Virus record (IMG/VR): IMGVR_UViG_3300018080_000107
Origin: a virus
DNA length: 64,000 bases
Direction: 5' to 3' (one strand)
The position numbers were made by a program, and so were the translations under genes. Under the pieces are notes generated by a model. That model saw only the letters and a list, made by a program, of their open reading frames with translations. It did not search any database and was not told the origin of the DNA. This document shows, piece by piece, positions 58,174 to 64,000 of this stretch (positions are counted from its first letter, which is position 1; every line of letters begins with the position of its first letter).

Positions 58174-58886
58174 TACACTATTCCTCTATTTGTAATTTTA
58201 AATATCGGCTTATTATTAGCCACTTTTTCATATTGCAATCCAGCACCGCCGTTATACAATTGTGATGCTTCATTGTCTGTTAATACTCTATTCCACATGG
58301 CAAATTCATCTATGACACCATCGTACTTAAATGAAGTCCCAAATGCACTTCCTATATACATACTATCGTTTGCAAAATCAAAATTTAAATCAAAATTATC
58401 TAATACTTTAACTCCATTATGCCAAGCACTTCCTTTTTTTGTAACAGTGTCAAATGAAGCAACAATATGTTTCTGTGAATATTCACGAGGTTCCACAATT
58501 GACCAATTTGATGCAGAAATTAAGTTGCCACCATAATAAAAGAATCTTTTACCTAGTCCAGTGGAATAAATTGTACTCATCCAAACTCCACGACTATTCA
58601 GTTGGTTATAACATGCAAATATATACTGACTAGACAAATACAAATCATCACTATGTAGCCAAACTGAAATAGTAAAACTACCACTTGGATTACCAATAAA
58701 TCCAGTTGGTTCTTTTAACGCTGTTCCAGAAGCAAGTTGAAATAATGCCCCATCTCCAAATTTGCCAGGAGCACTTGGCAAAGGATTTCCATCTTCTACC
58801 AAAGAAAAACCTCCGTGTGAATCCTCTCTTGTTCCAGAAGGTTCACCCATTTTAAAATATGATTCTAATCCTTCATATAGCGCCAT
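58173..58886 (-). CDS. LamG/concanavalin A-like domain protein (type C2)
   Basis: FTISVW, HIV, NG, IG...DGVIDEFAMWNRVLT..E...LYN. Confidence 0.85.
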   Translation of the reverse strand: MALYEGLESYFKMGEPSGTREDSHGGFSLVEDGNPLPSAPGKFGDGALFQLASGTALKEPTGFIGNPSGSFTISVWLHSDDLYLSSQYIFACYNQLNSRGVWMSTIYSTGLGKRFFYYGGNLISASNWSIVEPREYSQKHIVASFDTVTKKGSAWHNGVKVLDNFDLNFDFANDSMYIGSAFGTSFKYDGVIDEFAMWNRVLTDNEASQLYNGGAGLQYEKVANNKPIFKITNRGIV

Positions 58887-58887
58887 C

Positions 58888-59619
58888 TTAATTCCTTATC
58901 TGTATTTTCATATACTCTGCGCGGAGCACTGATTGCTGCCCATATCCAAGAACCCCAGTATTATACGTCACGCCATCTCCATTATTGTATAAACTATCAA
59001 TGTCTGATTGGTCAAGTTCACGATTCCATATTGCAATTTGGTCTGCCCCCATTAATTGGCCAGCGTATTGCCCATTATTCATCGCACCTATTGCAAAATC
59101 ATATCCATTATCTTGAATTTGTGCAGCGCCTACGCCCTGTTCTTTATATAAAGATCCATTAAGATACCAACGCTTTCTATGATTCGCTTCGCTAAATGTA
59201 CATACAAAATGATGCCAAACATCAGTAGATGGCCATGCTGCTGCTGATATTATATCTGTTTGCCCCTTGGAAATAAAGCGAAATGTGCGCGAAGGCTCAA
59301 TATAAATATGTATATCACGATCATCAGATGGTGTGTGTGTTTGTTTGTACATTATAAGAGCATACTTACCGGCATATTGTTTTATCCAACCAGAAATCGA
59401 AAAACTTCCACCGGCAGCAAACAATGCGCCACCATGTGTTGCATATTCCATTAGCGGCCTATTTGATCCAGAATTGATTTCAAGACCATTTCCAACTTTA
59501 CCAGTAATTTCTGTCGGCGTACCAATCACCGTAAAATCATAATTGCCGACCATATCTTGTAAACCATCAGTAATATTATTAAATGTCCACCAAGATTGTA
59601 ATCCATTTGCTAATGACAT
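58888..59619 (-). CDS. LamG domain protein (type D2)
   Basis: FSISGWIK, WHHFVCT, YLNG and DQIAIWNREL motifs. Confidence 0.85.
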   Translation of the reverse strand: MSLANGLQSWWTFNNITDGLQDMVGNYDFTVIGTPTEITGKVGNGLEINSGSNRPLMEYATHGGALFAAGGSFSISGWIKQYAGKYALIMYKQTHTPSDDRDIHIYIEPSRTFRFISKGQTDIISAAAWPSTDVWHHFVCTFSEANHRKRWYLNGSLYKEQGVGAAQIQDNGYDFAIGAMNNGQYAGQLMGADQIAIWNRELDQSDIDSLYNNGDGVTYNTGVLGYGQQSVLRAEYMKIQIRN

Positions 59620-59621
59620 TT

Positions 59622-60347
59622 TTAATTCCTTATTTGAATACGCATATATTGCGTTTTAAAAGTTGACTGTTCTCCATAGCCAAGTGCCACCACGTTATAT
59701 GTTTTTCCTTGACCATTGTTGTATAAGGACAACACTTCTTCTGGTGTTAAGCCACGATTCCAAATAGCAAGTTCGTCATAATAAGATTGGTCTATGCTCG
59801 ATGTTCCATGACTCATTGTCCAAATAGTAGCGGCATTTGCCAAGTCGCCAACTTGATAGCTATGATGATTTACCAAAACTCCATCTATCCACACATCACG
59901 TCTTGCAGTTGTACCATCATGAATACCTACAAAGTGGTGCCATTCTCCGTCAACAGGAAGTGAAAATGTACGAGAGTGCGAATACCCAGAAGTTCTTTCG
60001 CGTGTCGCCCATGTACATCCTATTGTCGCTGGTCCACCACCGCCACCAAAAATAGAAAAATTAGGTGTCGGCGTTCCACCTTTTAACCAATATTGATTGT
60101 ATCCGAGATTTGGTTTTATCCACATGGATATCGTTATGTTGTCAAATGTCATAGGGACAGTTGTTGTTTCTCCTGTAACACCTGATTTATTCCATTTTGG
60201 AGCATTTCCAAATTTACCAGTTGTAGATTCAACGGCCGTACCTCCAGTTTGTTGCAAGGTTAAACCAGCGATTCTATCAATCCACGGACCACCCGGATAA
60301 GAATTTTCAAAATCCCAATAATAAACTAATCCATTGCTTAATGCCAT
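59622..60347 (-). CDS. LamG domain protein (type D1)
   Basis: TISMWIKP, DGEWHHFVG, WIDG and DELAIWNRGLT motifs. Confidence 0.85.
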   Translation of the reverse strand: MALSNGLVYYWDFENSYPGGPWIDRIAGLTLQQTGGTAVESTTGKFGNAPKWNKSGVTGETTTVPMTFDNITISMWIKPNLGYNQYWLKGGTPTPNFSIFGGGGGPATIGCTWATRERTSGYSHSRTFSLPVDGEWHHFVGIHDGTTARRDVWIDGVLVNHHSYQVGDLANAATIWTMSHGTSSIDQSYYDELAIWNRGLTPEEVLSLYNNGQGKTYNVVALGYGEQSTFKTQYMRIQIRN

Positions 60348-61042
60348 TACACTATTCCCCTGTTTGTAATTTTAAATATGGGTTGATTTTGTGATATTTT
60401 TTCATATTGGAGCCCAGCACCATCGTTGTACATTTGTAAAGCTTCTGCATCAGTTAATGTTCTGTTCCAAATTGCTAATTCGTCAATAACACCATCGAGT
60501 ATAGTGCTTGGACCTATATTATAACCACCTATTTGCAATGGAAGACCAGTAGGAGCATCAAATGTAAATGAAAAATCTTCTATAACTTTCACTCCATCAA
60601 ACCACAATTCAGCTTTTTGTGTAGATGCATTATAGGTCAACATTATATAAGAATCGTCCCATGTTCCAACTGGATGTTGCCACCATGTTACAGATGGTGA
60701 AGCCCCATATCCATTTAATATTAAGAAACCACTGCTAAGCTCTAAATTTATTCCCCTAGATGGAAGAGACTTCCAAGAAATTATAAGATATCCTGAATCA
60801 TTAACCTTTGACCAAAACCCTATAGTAAAATTCTTTGTGGGGTCAATAAAATCTTGATTTGGCACAACCATATTGCCGCTTGTAGCAGTAGAAAAATCTA
60901 CCCCATCTACAAAATGTCCACCAGAACTTGCAATTGGAAACGCGCCAGATTCCACCATAGTATAATTCCCATGAGAATCTTCCCTTGTTCCAGATGGCTC
61001 ATTCATTTTATAATAAGCAATCAAATTCTGATATAGTGACAT
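60347..61042 (-). CDS. LamG domain protein (type C1)
   Basis: FTIGFW, WFDG and DGVIDELAIWNRTLT motifs. Confidence 0.85.
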   Translation of the reverse strand: MSLYQNLIAYYKMNEPSGTREDSHGNYTMVESGAFPIASSGGHFVDGVDFSTATSGNMVVPNQDFIDPTKNFTIGFWSKVNDSGYLIISWKSLPSRGINLELSSGFLILNGYGASPSVTWWQHPVGTWDDSYIMLTYNASTQKAELWFDGVKVIEDFSFTFDAPTGLPLQIGGYNIGPSTILDGVIDELAIWNRTLTDAEALQMYNDGAGLQYEKISQNQPIFKITNRGIV

Positions 61043-61043
61043 T

Positions 61044-61781
61044 TTATCTCCTTATACGAACTTGACCATTGATAATTTTCATGGTTGCTTCGCCATCTAT
61101 TGTTCCAAGGTCTGCAGCGACTTCAGAATATGTACGTCCTGTACCACCATTATAAAGCCAATCAACCTCAGCAGGAGTTAAACACTTATTCCAAACTCCA
61201 ACTTCATCTAAAGACGCTCGTGCTGTATAGCTATCAAGATTGGTCAATAAATGAACGTCATTTCCACTATTATTAAGTGCATTACTATGACTAGCTGTTG
61301 CCTGACCGTCAACAACATTATTCAAATAGATTATTTTTTCTTTTGTAGTAGAATCATAAGTAAAAACATAATGATTAAAACCGCCTGGCATATTTGTATC
61401 CGCCACCAAGGTATGAGCACTAGGCCCAGAGCCATATGTTACAAAAAGCGGTCTATATGCTGGACTACCATTTTGTCTATAATACACGCCAACGTGATTG
61501 GCCCTCCAATAAAAACATGAGCGCCAATTGAAAATTCCATACGCCCACCAAGATTGCAAAGAAAAGCTACCAGTAAAATCTAATCCTGTCTGTGCGGCAT
61601 TTGCTATTTTTAAATAATCAACACCATCATGATTGGTTAAAGCACCATAGTTGATGTGTCCAGTAGTTTGCAATACATTGCCGATATTTGACATTGTATT
61701 TGAACCGTGCGAATCAACACGATCCTGACCATCAGCCTCTTCCATTTCCCAATATGATATAAGCCCAACGCCTGTTGCCAT
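61044..61781 (-). CDS. LamG domain protein (type B)
   Basis: FSLQSW, HYVFTYD, IYLN and DEVGVWNK.LT motifs. Confidence 0.85.
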   Translation of the reverse strand: MATGVGLISYWEMEEADGQDRVDSHGSNTMSNIGNVLQTTGHINYGALTNHDGVDYLKIANAAQTGLDFTGSFSLQSWWAYGIFNWRSCFYWRANHVGVYYRQNGSPAYRPLFVTYGSGPSAHTLVADTNMPGGFNHYVFTYDSTTKEKIIYLNNVVDGQATASHSNALNNSGNDVHLLTNLDSYTARASLDEVGVWNKCLTPAEVDWLYNGGTGRTYSEVAADLGTIDGEATMKIINGQVRIRR

Positions 61782-61782
61782 A

Positions 61783-62541
61783 TTATCCTCCAGCCCTCAA
61801 AGTGATATGTGCTTCACCTTCAATAAACTGATCTCCGGCTATTGTGTTATAATCTATTCCATCTCCATTATTCCAAAGTTGTTCAACCTCTGCTGGAGTA
61901 AGTACACGTTTCCATACCGCCATTTCATCCATGTATTCATCATGATTTAAGCTTTGGCCCTTGTATCCAACATAAAATTCAGAAGAAATATCGTTTCTTA
62001 AATCTACTGAATGTGAAGCAGTCCCATTGTATCCTTCAGAGTTATCAACATAAATAATTTTCTGTTTAGTTGTTGCATTAAATGTGATAACAATATGATG
62101 CCAATCACCATCTAATATCTTATGACCAGAATCTACTTTTCCACTATGCTGTGTACCATTTTCATCTTCTGTCATAAATATAAGCTGTCCAGCATCCCCG
62201 CCAGCAGCATTCGCAAACAAATTCCATGTTCTTCGTTCAGTTACATACTGATGCCATCTACCACCAATTATTATCCATTTTGCAGAATCCCATGATTGTC
62301 GCTGCAACCACAATGATACAGAAAAATCATAATTGTGAAATGTCAAATCTGTTGATGCGGCCATAGTCACACCATATCTGCTTGAATTAGCCCCAGTGTG
62401 ATAATGCGCATTGCCAATTTTACCTGTCACGCTTGTAATTGTTCCAGACTTGGTGAGATTGTTTGAACCATGTTGATCAACCTCAGTAGCGCCTGCAACG
62501 TCCATATTCCAGTAAGAAACTAAATCATCTACAAGAGCCAT
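61783..62541 (-). CDS. LamG domain protein (type A)
   Basis: FSVSLW, DGDWHHIVITF, IYVD and DEMAVWKRVLT motifs. Confidence 0.85.
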   Translation of the reverse strand: MALVDDLVSYWNMDVAGATEVDQHGSNNLTKSGTITSVTGKIGNAHYHTGANSSRYGVTMAASTDLTFHNYDFSVSLWLQRQSWDSAKWIIIGGRWHQYVTERRTWNLFANAAGGDAGQLIFMTEDENGTQHSGKVDSGHKILDGDWHHIVITFNATTKQKIIYVDNSEGYNGTASHSVDLRNDISSEFYVGYKGQSLNHDEYMDEMAVWKRVLTPAEVEQLWNNGDGIDYNTIAGDQFIEGEAHITLRAGG

Positions 62542-62543
62542 AC

Positions 62544-62762
62544 TTAATCCTCCTCGGTGTAACCATTAAGAAAAGATATGGATGTGCCCTTGTTGCATCT
62601 TATGGCCTCACTATTTATAAATACGGCTGCTCCCTCATGTATAATAAGTTTACATGGATGAACAATTGCATCACATGCGAATATTTTTCCAGAAGGAATT
62701 TCAATAATCTCTTCTGCATTGGCAATCGCGTTCATTAGTGCCACATTAGTTCTAATTTCCAT
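62544..62762 (-). CDS. Small hypothetical protein
   Basis: AGGAG RBS; packed between neighbouring genes. Confidence 0.6.
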   Translation of the reverse strand: MEIRTNVALMNAIANAEEIIEIPSGKIFACDAIVHPCKLIIHEGAAVFINSEAIRCNKGTSISFLNGYTEED

Positions 62763-62771
62763 GACTTACTC

Positions 62772-63998
62772 CTATATTATAAATCCAAGATTTTGAAGCG
62801 TCATTTGGGCACTCCAAACCTTAACTGGCTTATTGTTTGAAGAAGCTGCAAATCGCAAACTAATAAGTTCCAAACTTCCCAGTTCTATAATAATATTCGC
62901 TGACACATCGAGTACAGTAGCACTTCTGAAATATGATCTTGTTCCAGGTATTTCTACATCATCTTTAAACAATGCAACAGCATGTGTTGTAGCTGAGTCA
63001 CCTTCAACAGACACACTGTATGTCGCACGTGCTTGAGAAACAATCCCATGTGGGAAGAACGACTGGAAACCACTCGGCGAAATACTTACACCTGTTCCAC
63101 CTGATCCTCCACTTGCCTCATGAAAAACATAATATTCAAATTGTTCAGCAACTGGCAAATCAAAAGATTGACCGTTCCACGCATTATCTTCATATATAGT
63201 AGAATACCTCAAAAGTGGATTAGTAATTCTATCCCAAATATTATCGTGTCCATATCGTAAATAACCACTTGCAAAGTGATAATATTCATCACCAAAAACG
63301 GCTGTAGTTCCAGAAGCCACACCAGGCATATCACCAGTCCAACCACTTGCTACCGCACGCGCTGGCACAACAGGATTGTCTGCTATCGTTATTGAGTCAG
63401 AAGAAATATGTACTGTTCCGGTCCCGATTTGTACTCCGTTTACAAAGTATCCCGACTGTGCAGTAATTGTTCCCAGTTTGTCAATGGTACACTTTTCATC
63501 TGTTGTCCGTAAATCCCATCCAGTACCTGCGTTCTGAAGATAAATCATATCCCCTGCGCCAGCACCAGTTTTTACCAGATCAAGAACATGGCTATTTCCT
63601 TGATTGTTTATATTGATACAATTACCAACAGTTGTATTGCTCATGTAGAAACAATGGTCAGTTCCACCACTCTTCTGCATATAGATGCCATACCCACCGC
63701 CAGTATGAATGAACTCTAAAGATGTACCGTCACTTCCACTATTAATTTTTATTCCGCCACCTTCACCGGCAACGATATTAATAGCTTCTTTTGTTGCACT
63801 GGCATTTGAAATGTCAATACCATAACCTTCGCCAGTGTTATTTATATCAAGTGCAGATCCACTTCCAGCATTCTCAATTTGCATTGCATGCGAATCACCA
63901 ACCGTGGTTTTATCAATGTACAGCCCACGTTCTTCTCCAGCTTGAGTTATGCTTAACCCAATCTCATCATTGTTTTGAGTGATATCAAGTGAGCTATC
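62772..63998 (-). CDS. Fibre/spike-like virion protein with ~11-12-aa beta-solenoid repeats (5' truncated by the window)
   Basis: The frame stays open upstream of 63884 (...DSSLDITQNNDEIGLSITQAGEERGLYIDK...); repeating G-x-[LI]-x-I units; 10 SG in the last 370 aa. Confidence 0.65.
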   Translation of the reverse strand, partial: DSSLDITQNNDEIGLSITQAGEERGLYIDKTTVGDSHAMQIENAGSGSALDINNTGEGYGIDISNASATKEAINIVAGEGGGIKINSGSDGTSLEFIHTGGGYGIYMQKSGGTDHCFYMSNTTVGNCININNQGNSHVLDLVKTGAGAGDMIYLQNAGTGWDLRTTDEKCTIDKLGTITAQSGYFVNGVQIGTGTVHISSDSITIADNPVVPARAVASGWTGDMPGVASGTTAVFGDEYYHFASGYLRYGHDNIWDRITNPLLRYSTIYEDNAWNGQSFDLPVAEQFEYYVFHEASGGSGGTGVSISPSGFQSFFPHGIVSQARATYSVSVEGDSATTHAVALFKDDVEIPGTRSYFRSATVLDVSANIIIELGSLELISLRFAASSNNKPVKVWSAQMTLQNLGFII

Positions 63999-64000
63999 CC

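Larger units (their letters stand above)
58169..60379. repeat. 37-nt direct repeat (58169-58205 and 60343-60379, 2 mismatches) at LamG gene junctions
   Basis: gccattacactattcc(t/c)ct(a/g)tttgtaattttaaatat at both sites. Confidence 0.85.

Noticed and set aside
58169-62541. Diversity-generating retroelement or invertase shufflon acting on the LamG genes
   Set aside because: No reverse transcriptase or recombinase is in the window. All genes are co-oriented, the repeats are direct and short, and the differences look like synonymous drift rather than a template/variable repeat pair.
1-64000. Stop-codon reassignment
   Set aside because: Genes are intact under the standard code, and TAA, TAG and TGA all end genes at tight junctions.

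Overview
This is a 64-kb segment of a large tailed dsDNA phage, probably with a long non-contractile tail (no sheath gene beside the tube gene). It uses the standard genetic code with GGAG-type ribosome binding sites, and both window ends cut genes. Two arms converge on a terminator at ~25.36 kb. The + arm (1-25.3 kb) encodes a host-like replication/recombination set (RecA, DnaB, DnaG, DnaE, SSB, nucleases, dNMP kinase, PhoH) and a glycosylation block: three glycosyltransferase genes with about six catalytic domains, an ADP-heptose 6-epimerase and a UDP-xylose synthase. It also carries a peptide deformylase and nucleotide-metabolism genes. The - arm (25.4-64 kb) is the tail module: fibre, six tandem LamG proteins, neck, tube, two paralogous chaperones, a 2244-aa tape measure, and several families of paralogous tail-tip proteins. 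The main finding is that predicted surface-exposed virion proteins are about 10-fold richer in Ser-Gly than the tape measure or the enzymes (hand counts). Together with the heptose/xylose transferase machinery, this suggests a phage-encoded virion O-glycosylation system that reads a Ser-Gly sequon. Two promoter classes are visible: ATGTAA-N16-CGTCTATTA (ECF-like, upstream of the glycosylation genes) and CGTATWATR (late, structural). All annotations come from motif recognition by eye; no database searches were run.
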